IMG/VR virus record: IMGVR_UViG_3300009109_000001
Span: 94,043-158,042 of that record
Source of the DNA: a virus
Direction: 5' to 3' (one strand)
DNA length: 64,000 nucleotides
The first letter of the stretch is position 1. Every line of letters begins with the position of its first letter. Shown piece after piece: positions 1 to 8,482 of this stretch. A program made the translations under genes and the position numbers. The notes below the pieces were generated by a model that searched no databases, was not told where the DNA came from, and worked only from the letters and a program-made list of their open reading frames with translations.

Positions 1-123
1 ACAATGGAAATGGATACCACTGTAACTCTTTCTAAACATAATTGTATAGTAATTGCACCAACAAGAAAAGAAATGTCTGACCAGTATATCCAAGGAACTA
101 CTGGTCTTGCCATGCCAAGTTAA
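1..123 (+). CDS. 3' end of hypothetical protein (partial; ...SDQYIQGTTGLAMPS*)
   Basis: Open frame from the window edge to TAA at 121-123. Confidence 0.6.
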   Translation, partial: TMEMDTTVTLSKHNCIVIAPTRKEMSDQYIQGTTGLAMPS

Positions 124-135
124 ATAAATAGTAGT

Positions 136-426
136 ATGGCATGGAAAGCACAGCGGGACAAAGACCCTAATTCAGCAGGCGGCATCGCTCAAGGCGGTGC
201 TGAATCTGTCTTAATTAATGGACGAAAAGCAGGCATACCTCAAATGGATGTCACTCCTCATGCACCTTGTCCATTACCATCCCCACCTCATTGTAGTGCT
301 AAAACTGTATCAACATGTAAGTCAGTTATTATTGAAGGAAAGCCAGCATTGCGAACTAAAATTGATAAAGATACTTGTGGCCATCCACGTGCTGTGGGCA
401 GTGAAGACGTTATTATAGGAGAATAG
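136..426 (+). CDS. PAAR-repeat spike tip protein (T4 gp5.4-like)
   Basis: SVLINGRKAG, VTPH-x-PC, PPHC, SVIIEGKPALR, TCGH, GSEDVIIG are PAAR motifs; TAAATA box 5 nt upstream. Confidence 0.9.
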   Translation: MAWKAQRDKDPNSAGGIAQGGAESVLINGRKAGIPQMDVTPHAPCPLPSPPHCSAKTVSTCKSVIIEGKPALRTKIDKDTCGHPRAVGSEDVIIGE

Positions 427-429
427 GAC

Positions 430-2079
430 ATGGCAGGCGGTGAAAGCATTTATGGAGAAGGCGGCGTAGGTGCCCAGGGCAGTTGCGAAGTTGGAGACAA
501 ATGTTTAGAATCTGAAGCATTGGCAGAATTAATGGAAGGTAATGGTTTGGCTATGCCAACAACTACCAAAGCATTAATAGATTCTATTAAAGAATTGCCA
601 ATTCAGAAAGCCGCTAAAGATATGGTAGATGCTATTGCTAATCTAGAATGTACCGGACAAGAAGGTGGTATGTTTGGTATACCATCCGCCCAAGCGGACC
701 AATTAAAATCAATAGCTAGTAAAATTGCTGGCGGTGGTTTGGGAGATACTGGTACTTTAATGGATTCAGTTCAAGCACATACAGATAAAATACTTGGTGG
801 TGGTGATCCATCAAAATTTGCTGAGAATTTTGGGCAAATGGAACAAGCAATGGAACAATCTGCTCAAGCAATGCATGCCGCTGTAGTAGGTGCTACAGAA
901 ACAGTATCTTCTCCTCTTGCTAAAGTAGCAGGACAATTTGGCCCAATGATGGAAGGAGGTCCTGAAGGTGGATTTAGTGGTGCTACGGCTGGAGCAAATT
1001 TAGCAAAACTAGGAGAATTACCACTTGATCAAAATCCAGTTGATGTTGTAGATAAACTTATAGCAGGTAATGCAGTAGAAGCAAAAGCAGCTTTTATGGC
1101 GGCTCATGGTAGTTTAGACACAGATAGCATCACATCTGCCCAAGCAACATCTGTTCTTTCTTCACTTAAAAGTTCTAAAGCAATGGATGAAGTAAAGACA
1201 ATATTAAAGACACCAGATGCTACATTAACATCAGGTAGTGATATTATGGATTATGCTAAAGCATCAGGTGGTGCAGTAGAAAACTTCTCAGCAATGACTA
1301 AAGATTTTGGTGATGATTTTGGACAATTAAATACTGCTAGTGATATGGGAACAGTTGTTAAAGATTTAAGTGCCACTGCAAATCCTAATTTCCCAGCAGG
1401 AACAGAAAAAGTAACTGCCGCAACTGCTACCAATTTAACATCACAATTTGGTGGTGGTAGCGGAACTAATGGTGCAAAGACGTTTAAAGATGTCATGGGT
1501 TCAGTAATGGGTAAAAATGGCCCAATGGATGCGGCTTTAACGAACTATAAAAGTGCTATGAGTGGCATTAGTACAACAGTTTTTTCAGATATAGCAAATG
1601 CCTGCAATGGAGATTGGAGTAGTGTTACATCAACTAGTGATACTGGTGAAACAATAACAGGGCCAGGAGCAGCTGAAGTAGAATTAGGAACTGATGCAGC
1701 TGATCAAACATCTTTACAAGCAGTATTAACTAAATTAATACCAGATGCTGAAGCGGCCGCCGCGTCTGCCAGTGCAGCTATGCAATCGTCGGCTAGTGAA
1801 ATTACTTCAATAATGACAAAGGAAAATGCTACGATGAAAGATATGAGTTTAGCGATGTCGGATGCGGCTAAAAAAATACAAAGTCAAGGTGCATTATCAG
1901 GGTTTGCATCTTCATTGTCATCTAAAATGGCAAATCCAGAAATTAAAAAAGCATTAGGAGAATGTTTATCCGGTGCTACTAAAGCATTAGCAGATAGTCA
2001 AGTATTTGATGATGCATTACAAAATAAAGCGGGCGTAACAGGGACAAATACGTTATCTCCACGTCCAGGACCACACTAG
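430..2079 (+). CDS. Ala/Gly/Ser-rich hypothetical protein, probably virion structural
   Basis: 549-aa ORF directly after the PAAR gene; no recognisable catalytic motif. Confidence 0.6.
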   Translation: MAGGESIYGEGGVGAQGSCEVGDKCLESEALAELMEGNGLAMPTTTKALIDSIKELPIQKAAKDMVDAIANLECTGQEGGMFGIPSAQADQLKSIASKIAGGGLGDTGTLMDSVQAHTDKILGGGDPSKFAENFGQMEQAMEQSAQAMHAAVVGATETVSSPLAKVAGQFGPMMEGGPEGGFSGATAGANLAKLGELPLDQNPVDVVDKLIAGNAVEAKAAFMAAHGSLDTDSITSAQATSVLSSLKSSKAMDEVKTILKTPDATLTSGSDIMDYAKASGGAVENFSAMTKDFGDDFGQLNTASDMGTVVKDLSATANPNFPAGTEKVTAATATNLTSQFGGGSGTNGAKTFKDVMGSVMGKNGPMDAALTNYKSAMSGISTTVFSDIANACNGDWSSVTSTSDTGETITGPGAAEVELGTDAADQTSLQAVLTKLIPDAEAAAASASAAMQSSASEITSIMTKENATMKDMSLAMSDAAKKIQSQGALSGFASSLSSKMANPEIKKALGECLSGATKALADSQVFDDALQNKAGVTGTNTLSPRPGPH

Positions 2080-2088
2080 GAATCAATC

Positions 2089-2223
2089 ATGGCAAAAAGT
2101 ATAGGGTTTCAAAAGAGAATCTATGTTAAAAAGAAAACATCTATAGGGAATAGTACAAGATCACGTCCAACAAACAAACATAAAAAGCGCAGTTGGAAAA
2201 AATATAGAGGGCAGGGAAAGTAA
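2089..2223 (+). CDS. small basic protein (44 aa, ...KKTSIGNSTRSRPTNKHKKRSWKKYRGQGK)
   Basis: Hand translation; AGGA upstream; stop overlaps the next ATG (TAATG). Not in the ORF track. Confidence 0.7.
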   Translation: MAKSIGFQKRIYVKKKTSIGNSTRSRPTNKHKKRSWKKYRGQGK

Positions 2224-2573
2224 TGTATGAGTATCCTGCAACAATAGATCGTGTTGTAGATGGTGACACAATAGATGTTGATATTGACTTAGGATTTAGT
2301 ATTATACTTAAAAAGCAACGAGTTCGCTTATTAGGTATCAACGCCCCTGAAAGTAGAACACGCGATTTAGTAGAAAAAGAAAAAGGACTCGCCGCTAAAG
2401 CAAAAGTGCAAGAAATGTGCCCAGTAGGATCTAATGTTGTTATTAAAACATACTTGGATAAGAAAGGTAAGTTTGGTAGATTACTAGGTGAAATTATGAT
2501 AGAAGAAGTAAATCTTAATAATTATCTTGTAGAACATGGGTTTGCAACTGAATATTTAGGCGGTAGTAGATAA
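2223..2573 (+). CDS. staphylococcal nuclease (thermonuclease)-family protein
   Basis: RVVDGDTIDV, RVRLLGINAPE, GKFGRLLG motifs. Confidence 0.9.
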   Translation: MYEYPATIDRVVDGDTIDVDIDLGFSIILKKQRVRLLGINAPESRTRDLVEKEKGLAAKAKVQEMCPVGSNVVIKTYLDKKGKFGRLLGEIMIEEVNLNNYLVEHGFATEYLGGSR

Positions 2574-2599
2574 ATATATTAAATATACTTGGATTTATT

Positions 2600-3184
2600 A
2601 TGAAAATTAAACAAATTTTAGAAGGTAGAGCTGAAGACATTGATAAGCAAATTGCAATGTTGCAGGCCGAGAAAGCCATGTTAGGTGGCGCCAAGCTGAT
2701 AAAAGGTGGTGACGCTGAAGGAGGAACCATTGGCGGCGGCAATATGGGCGCCGCTGGCATTATGACACCGACAAGGGTATCAGCCGCAGGCACAGGAGCA
2801 AGTGGCCCTCCAGGAAGGAATTATGCACCAAGACAGGTAGCCGCAGGCACAGGTCAGCATGGGCCAGCAAATCGTTATGCACCAAAACCAAACTATGCAA
2901 CTGGTGGTGATCCACTACTTCAAAGTGGTGGTGAATTTGATAGTAAACAAGATGGTGATCCATATCTTCAAAACTTGATACGAAATGCCGGTGTAAAACC
3001 ACGAAATAGTATGGCTCCCACACCTAGAAAGAACCCGTTTCGAGGAACACCAAAAAGAGGTGATGATAGTCCAGAATGGTATAATAAAGGCAATACTAAA
3101 ACAGCAAAGCCGAATTTACTGAAGTGGATGAAGAAAAATGCAACACAACCTAAAGCATTTGATCAAGATAACGTTAATAAGTAA
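2600..3184 (+). CDS. hypothetical low-complexity protein with capsid-targeting-like N-terminus (MKIKQILE)
   Basis: ORF track; N-terminal pattern shared with several ORFs in the window. Confidence 0.65.
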   Translation: MKIKQILEGRAEDIDKQIAMLQAEKAMLGGAKLIKGGDAEGGTIGGGNMGAAGIMTPTRVSAAGTGASGPPGRNYAPRQVAAGTGQHGPANRYAPKPNYATGGDPLLQSGGEFDSKQDGDPYLQNLIRNAGVKPRNSMAPTPRKNPFRGTPKRGDDSPEWYNKGNTKTAKPNLLKWMKKNATQPKAFDQDNVNK

Positions 3185-3738
3185 TGAAAATTAATGAAGT
3201 AATACTTGAGAATAAAGATCGCCTTGCTAAAAAGATTGAAAAACTCAATCAAGAAATAGAGATTGCTAAAGAAAAAACTGGCAAGGCGCCTGCTAAATTA
3301 CAAAAAGAACTTGATCGTTTAGTAACGGCTTTTCCTGATTTTGCTGATTACCAGGCAGAAAAACAACAAGCGGCTCGACAATCTAGTCATGATGATATGT
3401 TGTCAAGAATTAAAACAGCCGAGTTTGGTGTTGGTACAAGTACAAATTTAATAGCTGCCGAAGCAGGTGATATGGCAATAGCATTACATATGCTACGTGA
3501 TGTGCCTGGCCAATTGGATGATGACATAGCAAATGTATTAATGTCATTTAATGGCAGGTCAAAAACAAATCCACCATCAAGACAAGAAGTAGAAATAGCA
3601 AAAGCAATTATTGTTCGTGCTAAAGAACTTGGTGTACTTGATGCATATAAAAAACGAGCAATAAAAAAATTAGATAAAGATAAAATGAAGTGGGATTATG
3701 ATAAAGAAAATCCTGCAGAGTTTCAAGACGAAGATTAA
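3184..3738 (+). CDS. hypothetical protein with capsid-targeting-like N-terminus (MKINEVILE)
   Basis: ORF track; coupled to the upstream stop (TAATG). Confidence 0.7.
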   Translation: MKINEVILENKDRLAKKIEKLNQEIEIAKEKTGKAPAKLQKELDRLVTAFPDFADYQAEKQQAARQSSHDDMLSRIKTAEFGVGTSTNLIAAEAGDMAIALHMLRDVPGQLDDDIANVLMSFNGRSKTNPPSRQEVEIAKAIIVRAKELGVLDAYKKRAIKKLDKDKMKWDYDKENPAEFQDED

Positions 3739-3741
3739 AAT

Positions 3742-4104
3742 CTAATCAATAGTTTTATCACCTTCCGTTAAAGATCGTACAGTTAATATCTCACCTTTTT
3801 TAAGTGGTCGGTTAATAGATAAATGTAAGCACCATGCTTCTTCATACCGTAGTCCCCAATCATAACCACCTGATAACATCATTTCTCGCAGTGAGCAGTT
3901 GGGGTTGTCTGATGTTGTTAAAAATGCACCTAATTCTGTAGTTATTAAAGAACCCTCGCCAGCATGGCCGCGACCTTGCCCCACATGAATGTGAGGATGA
4001 GTAACTGAAGTTATTCCGACAAATCTTCTATGTGGTATATCTTCTGCGGCGCATAGGACAAAAACGCCTTTCTTTTTTCGTATTGTTAAGAATGTAGGTA
4101 ACAT
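3742..4104 (-). CDS. divergent SET-domain-like protein
   Basis: ELGAFLTTSDNPNC and RPLKKGEILTV align by eye with the SET protein at 33037 (LGAFYNHSETPNC, RDIEANEELTA). Confidence 0.55.
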   Translation of the reverse strand: MLPTFLTIRKKKGVFVLCAAEDIPHRRFVGITSVTHPHIHVGQGRGHAGEGSLITTELGAFLTTSDNPNCSLREMMLSGGYDWGLRYEEAWCLHLSINRPLKKGEILTVRSLTEGDKTID

Positions 4105-4170
4105 ATAATATTTAAAGTGGTTTCTGATATAATAATAACTTGACTTAATTGTACTATAATAAAGAAAAGG

Positions 4171-4178
4171 TATAAATA
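4171..4178 (+). promoter_or_regulatory. T4-type late promoter TATAAATA upstream of the aaRS-like gene
   Basis: Exact T4 late consensus, followed by hairpin TTTAGGCG...CGCCTAAA (4186-4211) and SD GGAG. Confidence 0.6.
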
Positions 4179-4233
4179 AAAACAGTTTAGGCGGCTTGTC
4201 TTGCGCCTAAAAAAATTTGACTGGAGAATAAGA

Positions 4234-5091
4234 ATGACGCAATTAATTAACCCTCAACAGTTTACTGAAGCCACAGGCCTATTAAGGTCTTTTTTTATGG
4301 CTAAAGGATTTGAAGAGGTACATACTCAAAATAGATTATCAATATTAGCCGCGTGTGAAGATCCAACAACTGTAGCAACATATAACTATGCCGGAGAAGT
4401 TTGGCCACTTCCACAAACTGGCCAAATGTGGCTCGAGTACGAGCTTTTAACTAAACCCCATGTCCCGGGGTTTTTTTGTGTTTCAACATCCTATAGGCAA
4501 GAACCTAATGTTGTAGAAGGTAGACATGATTTAATTTTCCCAATGTTTGAATTTGAAATGCCAGGTGACATGAATGATTTAGAAAAAATGGAAAAAGAAC
4601 TTATGGAATACTTAGGTTGGTGTTCTAAGGGTGGAGTTGTTGCAAAGGATTATCTTGCATGGTGCGAGGATTTTGGTGTTCAAGAACTCGAGCATGAGCA
4701 CGAAGACGCAATGTGTAAGAATTGGCAAGGTAGAGTTTGCATGATTAAAAACTTCCCTAATTACACAAGTCCTTTTTGGAACATGAAACAAAATGGTGAC
4801 GGAACGGCCGCAAAAATTGATGTAATTATAGCGGGCATGGAAACTATTGGTTCAGCAGAGCGCAGTAGTGACACTACTGAAATGCGAGAAATGTTTCATA
4901 CAATTAGTGATGGTATGTATGCAGATTTATTGTTTGGAACATTTGGTAAAGATCGTGTAACAAAAGAACTAGATGACTTTTTACAATTAGATTTTATTCC
5001 AAGAGTAGGTGGTGGAATAGGCATGACACGTTTTATTCATGCGATGGAACAATATAAGTTGCGTGGTATAGTAGCAAATATGCACCGATAA
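4234..5091 (+). CDS. class IIb aminoacyl-tRNA synthetase paralogue, catalytic domain only (AsnRS / archaeal AsnA-like)
   Basis: Motif 1 LLRSFFMAKGFEEVHT, LPQTGQMWLE, motif 2 SYRQE...RH...FPMFEFE, DVIIAGMETIGSAER, motif 3 PRVGGGIGMTRF; no N-terminal OB anticodon-binding domain; ATG 4234 has SD GGAG. Confidence 0.85.
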   Translation: MTQLINPQQFTEATGLLRSFFMAKGFEEVHTQNRLSILAACEDPTTVATYNYAGEVWPLPQTGQMWLEYELLTKPHVPGFFCVSTSYRQEPNVVEGRHDLIFPMFEFEMPGDMNDLEKMEKELMEYLGWCSKGGVVAKDYLAWCEDFGVQELEHEHEDAMCKNWQGRVCMIKNFPNYTSPFWNMKQNGDGTAAKIDVIIAGMETIGSAERSSDTTEMREMFHTISDGMYADLLFGTFGKDRVTKELDDFLQLDFIPRVGGGIGMTRFIHAMEQYKLRGIVANMHR

Positions 5092-5098
5092 AAAATGA

Positions 5099-5185
5099 TC
5101 CGGGGTGCTGGAATAGGTATACAGGCCCTACCGTTTATAGGGTGCCCAATGGGCAATGTTGGTTCGATCCCAACCCCCGGAGCCA
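5099..5185 (+). tRNA. atypical tRNA with GUU (Asn) anticodon and long variable arm
   Basis: Acceptor TCCGGGG/CCCCGGA-G-CCA; D arm CTG...CAG; anticodon stem CCCTA/TAGGG with loop CCGTTTA; variable arm GCCC-AAT-GGGC; T arm GTTGG-TTCGATC-CCAAC. Confidence 0.85.
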
Positions 5186-5187
5186 AT

Positions 5188-5214
5188 TATTTATGCTTGG
5201 AAATAGCATAAATA
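5188..5214. promoter_or_regulatory. inverted repeat TATTTATGCT/AGCATAAATA; possible terminator overlapping a late promoter
   Basis: 10-bp perfect inverted repeat right after the tRNA; its right arm contains TAAATA 6 nt before ATG 5221. Confidence 0.5.
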
Positions 5215-5220
5215 TGTATT

Positions 5221-7227
5221 ATGAAGTTTGGAATATTTGTTCTGTTGACGGCGCTGTCGATCAGCGCCGTTGCCGCATATTATAGTATTATTGGCTTAAT
5301 GGCAATATTTGCCGCGGCCGCTGTGCCTATAGCAATTATGGGTGTAGTATTAGAGATAGGTAAGTTAGTAACTGCCTCGTGGCTCTACCAGTTTTGGGCT
5401 CGCATACCAAAATTTCTAAAGTATTATCTTACTATAGCAGTTGTTGTCTTAATGTTCATTACGTCTATGGGTATCTTTGGCTTTTTATCCAAAGCACACG
5501 TAGAGCAAACAAGTAATACAACACAAGCAGAAGCAAAAGTAGAGCGTATTAATGAAAAGATTAATCGATTTACTGGGCGAGTAAATGTTACTAAAGAGAA
5601 AATAGAGCGGTTGCAAAGTAAAGATCACGGTCAGCATAATACAAATATTGCCTCAGCTATTGAACAACAAGAAGAAATACGTGATGGTGCTTGGGGTAGA
5701 GTCAGCAGTAGTATTAGCCAAGAGAATCAACAAATAACAGCATTAAGAGCGCAATTAGAAAAAGATATTGCTATACAAGAACAACGAGTGTCTAATGCTA
5801 TAGATCGTGTGCGTGATGATGTTGCTGTTAAACAACAAGCAATAGACCGTATAAATCAACAATTAGCACAATTAGATAAAGAAGTTCAAGCATATGTAGA
5901 TAAAGGCGTAGAGAAGCGGACATGGGGACAACCGATTGATTGGATTAAGCGTGGTAAAGAATTGCGTGAAAAACAAAAACCCGAGCGAGAGGCCTTGGCA
6001 TTTAAAATTAGAGAGATTGAGCAAGAGATAGATGGTATAAGGCAGGATGAACTTGCCATCTCAAATGAAGTGCAAACAGAAATTACTGCATTGCGCGAAG
6101 CATTAGCAGTTGCTATTCGACCACATCAAAATAAAATAGCACAATTGCGTGAAAATACCCAATCAGAAATTGATGAAGCTAATGCTGAAATTAAACAACT
6201 TCAAGAACAAATGGGTATGAAAGCAGATGAAGTAGAAACAAAAGTAAATGAATTAGAAGTAGTAATAGAAGATTACTATACACAGATAGATACACTTAAA
6301 GAGCAACGTTTTGTACTTGCTACAGAAGTACGCCAGTTAGAAGTAGAAGTAGGGCCTATTAAATACATTGCTGGTTTAGTATACGGATCTAATGTTACAC
6401 GTGATTTATTAGAAGAAGCAGTACGTTGGGTAATTATTACAATTATATTTGTATTTGATCCACTTGCAGTATTATTAGTTGTTGCTGGTAATATGACATT
6501 AAAACGTTTTAGAGATCCTTCCGAAAAAAAAAGACCGATCCACGCTGGGCCGAAGCAGGATTCTAACCAGGAAGAAACAGTGAGAATAGAGGAAGTTGTT
6601 GTTGAAAAGGAAGTAGTTGTTGAAAAAGAAGTTCCTGTAGAAGTAATTAAAGAAATCATTAAAGAAGTAAAAGTTCCTGTTGAGAAAGAAGTTATTGTTG
6701 AGAAAATAGTAGAGAAGGAAGTTCCAGTAGAAGTAATTAAAGAAGTAGAAGTAGAGAAAATTGTTGAAAAAATTGTAGAAAAAGAAGTGCCAGTAGAAGT
6801 TATTAAAGAAGTTATTAAAGAGGTAGAAGTTCCTGTTGAAAAGATTGTAGAAAAAATTGTAGAAGTTGAGAAAATAGTAGAGAAGGAAGTTCCTGTAGAA
6901 GTAATTAAGGAAGTAGAAGTAATTAAGGAAGTTCCGGTAGAAGTTGAAAAAATAGTAGAAAAAACTGTAGTAGAAACAGAGCAATTAGAAGGCACTCCCA
7001 TAGTAGTATTAAAAGAGGATAAGAAAAAAGTTAAAAAGTTAGAAAAAGAAATAGCACAATTAAAAACTAAACTAACTGGTGCTGAAAATACTGCTAATTT
7101 TAATCAGGAACAGGTAGATAATTTACTTACTCGCTTAAATAGTGGTGTAAACATAGAAGAGTTTACAGATGAGGAACAAGAGTTCTTACAAAATTATTTA
7201 AGCAGACAAGATGTCCTCGGCGGATAA
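5221..7227 (+). CDS. membrane protein with long coiled coil and V/E/K/I/P repeat tail
   Basis: Three N-terminal TM segments, coiled-coil core, EVGPIKYIA...IIFVFDPLAV TM, then repeats. Confidence 0.85.
   Translation: MKFGIFVLLTALSISAVAAYYSIIGLMAIFAAAAVPIAIMGVVLEIGKLVTASWLYQFWARIPKFLKYYLTIAVVVLMFITSMGIFGFLSKAHVEQTSNTTQAEAKVERINEKINRFTGRVNVTKEKIERLQSKDHGQHNTNIASAIEQQEEIRDGAWGRVSSSISQENQQITALRAQLEKDIAIQEQRVSNAIDRVRDDVAVKQQAIDRINQQLAQLDKEVQAYVDKGVEKRTWGQPIDWIKRGKELREKQKPEREALAFKIREIEQEIDGIRQDELAISNEVQTEITALREALAVAIRPHQNKIAQLRENTQSEIDEANAEIKQLQEQMGMKADEVETKVNELEVVIEDYYTQIDTLKEQRFVLATEVRQLEVEVGPIKYIAGLVYGSNVTRDLLEEAVRWVIITIIFVFDPLAVLLVVAGNMTLKRFRDPSEKKRPIHAGPKQDSNQEETVRIEEVVVEKEVVVEKEVPVEVIKEIIKEVKVPVEKEVIVEKIVEKEVPVEVIKEVEVEKIVEKIVEKEVPVEVIKEVIKEVEVPVEKIVEKIVEVEKIVEKEVPVEVIKEVEVIKEVPVEVEKIVEKTVVETEQLEGTPIVVLKEDKKKVKKLEKEIAQLKTKLTGAENTANFNQEQVDNLLTRLNSGVNIEEFTDEEQEFLQNYLSRQDVLGG
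6589..6975 (+). repeat. coding tandem repeats (EKIVEKEVPVEVIKEV-type)
   Basis: Many degenerate copies visible in both DNA and protein. Confidence 0.85.
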
Positions 7228-7603
7228 ATTAACAATAATAACACCACCAGATAGATATTATGGTGCTGATGTAAACATATTAATATCAGGTTTTAGTAAA
7301 GACGAACAAAGTGAATTAATATTAGTACTTGATAATATAGATGCAGAGTGCTGTTTAGCAATAAATGATATGACTCCCGAGAGAGATACAGAATGGATGC
7401 TTGACACAGCTCTAAGATGTAGTATAATAATATTTAATCTTAAATGGGCAAAAGTAGAGAGAGATGCAATATGCTTTGGTTGGTTATTAAGTAAGAGTAA
7501 TTGTTATTATAAGTGTGATGATAAAACTGCTAAACTAGTAGGATTATTTAACACAAATAGAATAGAAAGTATTATAGAGCCTATAAAACAATTGGAGGAA
7601 TAA
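7211..7603 (+). CDS. hypothetical protein
   Basis: ORF track; operon-like overlaps with neighbours. Confidence 0.7.
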   Translation: MSSADKLTIITPPDRYYGADVNILISGFSKDEQSELILVLDNIDAECCLAINDMTPERDTEWMLDTALRCSIIIFNLKWAKVERDAICFGWLLSKSNCYYKCDDKTAKLVGLFNTNRIESIIEPIKQLEE

Positions 7604-7923
7604 TGGCACGGGATTGGAATAATAAAAATACAAGTTGGGATAAAAATAGAGGTGGAAAGAAACCTTATAGAAAACCAATAGATTATAAAGTTAGTCCAGT
7701 AAAAATATCTGGACTTAAAGTTTGGGTGCAAAATGGTGATGTGGATAAAGCCTTACGCAAATTTAAAAAGAAAGTAGCCAATTCCGGTAAATTACAAGAT
7801 TTAAAAGCTCGTGAACAATATGAAAAACCTAGTATTGCAAGAAAACGTGCTAAAGACATTGCCCGTAAGCGACATTTAAAAGAAGTTGCTGAAAATTCCA
7901 TCCATCGTAAACGAAAATATTAA
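7603..7923 (+). CDS. rpsU: ribosomal protein bS21 with N-terminal extension
   Basis: VQNGDVDKALRKFKKKV...AREQYEKPSIARKRAKDIARKR; SD GGAGG. Confidence 0.92.
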   Translation: MARDWNNKNTSWDKNRGGKKPYRKPIDYKVSPVKISGLKVWVQNGDVDKALRKFKKKVANSGKLQDLKAREQYEKPSIARKRAKDIARKRHLKEVAENSIHRKRKY

Positions 7924-7940
7924 CCCTGCCGTGTGAAGAA

Positions 7941-7972
7941 AAAGGGGGGCACAATGCCCCCCTCTCCTCTTT
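7941..7972. terminator. probable bidirectional intrinsic terminator
   Basis: GGGGGGCA-CAA-TGCCCCCC hairpin between convergent rpsU and hsp20. Confidence 0.75.
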
Positions 7973-7985
7973 GGGTTAGCGAAAC

Positions 7986-8417
7986 TTAGAACTTAATTTC
8001 GATCTCCTTTGGCTTCAGTGCTTCAGGTACTTCCTGTTTAAGACTAACCTTTAACATTCCGTCCTTGCATACTGCCGATACAACTTCGACATATTCTGCC
8101 AAGTTCCAAGAGCGTCTGAAGTCGCGTGTTGCGATGCCCTTGTGTAGCCAATTCTGTTCGTCTGAGTCCTCTTTGTGACCAGCGACAGTCAATTGTCCAT
8201 TATCAACAGTTACTGAAAGATCACCCTGAGAAAACCCAGCAACGGCAATGGTAATTACATACTCAGAGTCGCTGATGCGTTCAATATTGTAGGGTGGGTA
8301 GGACGGTGCTTGATGTGTAAAAAGCCTGTCCATATCGCCAAATAAGCGATCGAATCCGACCATGTGTCGGTTAAGTGTGGGGATAAGATTTCCCGCAGTG
8401 ATTCTATACTCAGTCAT
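7986..8417 (-). CDS. small heat-shock protein Hsp20 (IbpA-like)
   Basis: VGFDRLF, SYPPYNIE, IAVAGF, LHKGIATRDFRR, DGMLKV, KPKEIEI. Confidence 0.95.
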   Translation of the reverse strand: MTEYRITAGNLIPTLNRHMVGFDRLFGDMDRLFTHQAPSYPPYNIERISDSEYVITIAVAGFSQGDLSVTVDNGQLTVAGHKEDSDEQNWLHKGIATRDFRRSWNLAEYVEVVSAVCKDGMLKVSLKQEVPEALKPKEIEIKF

Positions 8418-8476
8418 TTTAAGTTCCTCCTTATGTTAAGCGAGTAAGTTTATGAGCCTCCAAATTGAGCACTCAT
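8418..8476 (-). promoter_or_regulatory. ROSE-like RNA thermometer in the hsp20 5' UTR
   Basis: Minus strand CTCGCTTAACATAAGGAG: UCGCU motif pairs with SD AAGGAG with a bulged G; extra hairpin upstream. Confidence 0.6.
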
Positions 8477-8482
8477 ATACAT

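Noticed and set aside
5099-5185. Reading the odd tRNA as tRNA-Sec, tRNA-Pyl, a suppressor, or tRNA-Lys(UUU)
   Set aside because: The acceptor stem is 7 bp, and the 5-bp anticodon stem centres GTT in a 7-nt loop; there is no UCA or CUA anticodon. TTT would be off-centre, although shifted reading cannot be fully excluded.
6589-6975. Repeats considered as a CRISPR array
   Set aside because: The units are degenerate at synonymous positions, in frame and lack unique spacers. No CRISPR array or cas gene was seen anywhere in the window.
6276-7001. Minus-strand ORFs 6276-7001 and 6499-6984 (S/T-rich and F/N/Y-rich)
   Set aside because: Antisense shadows of the V/E/K coding repeat; no independent start signals.
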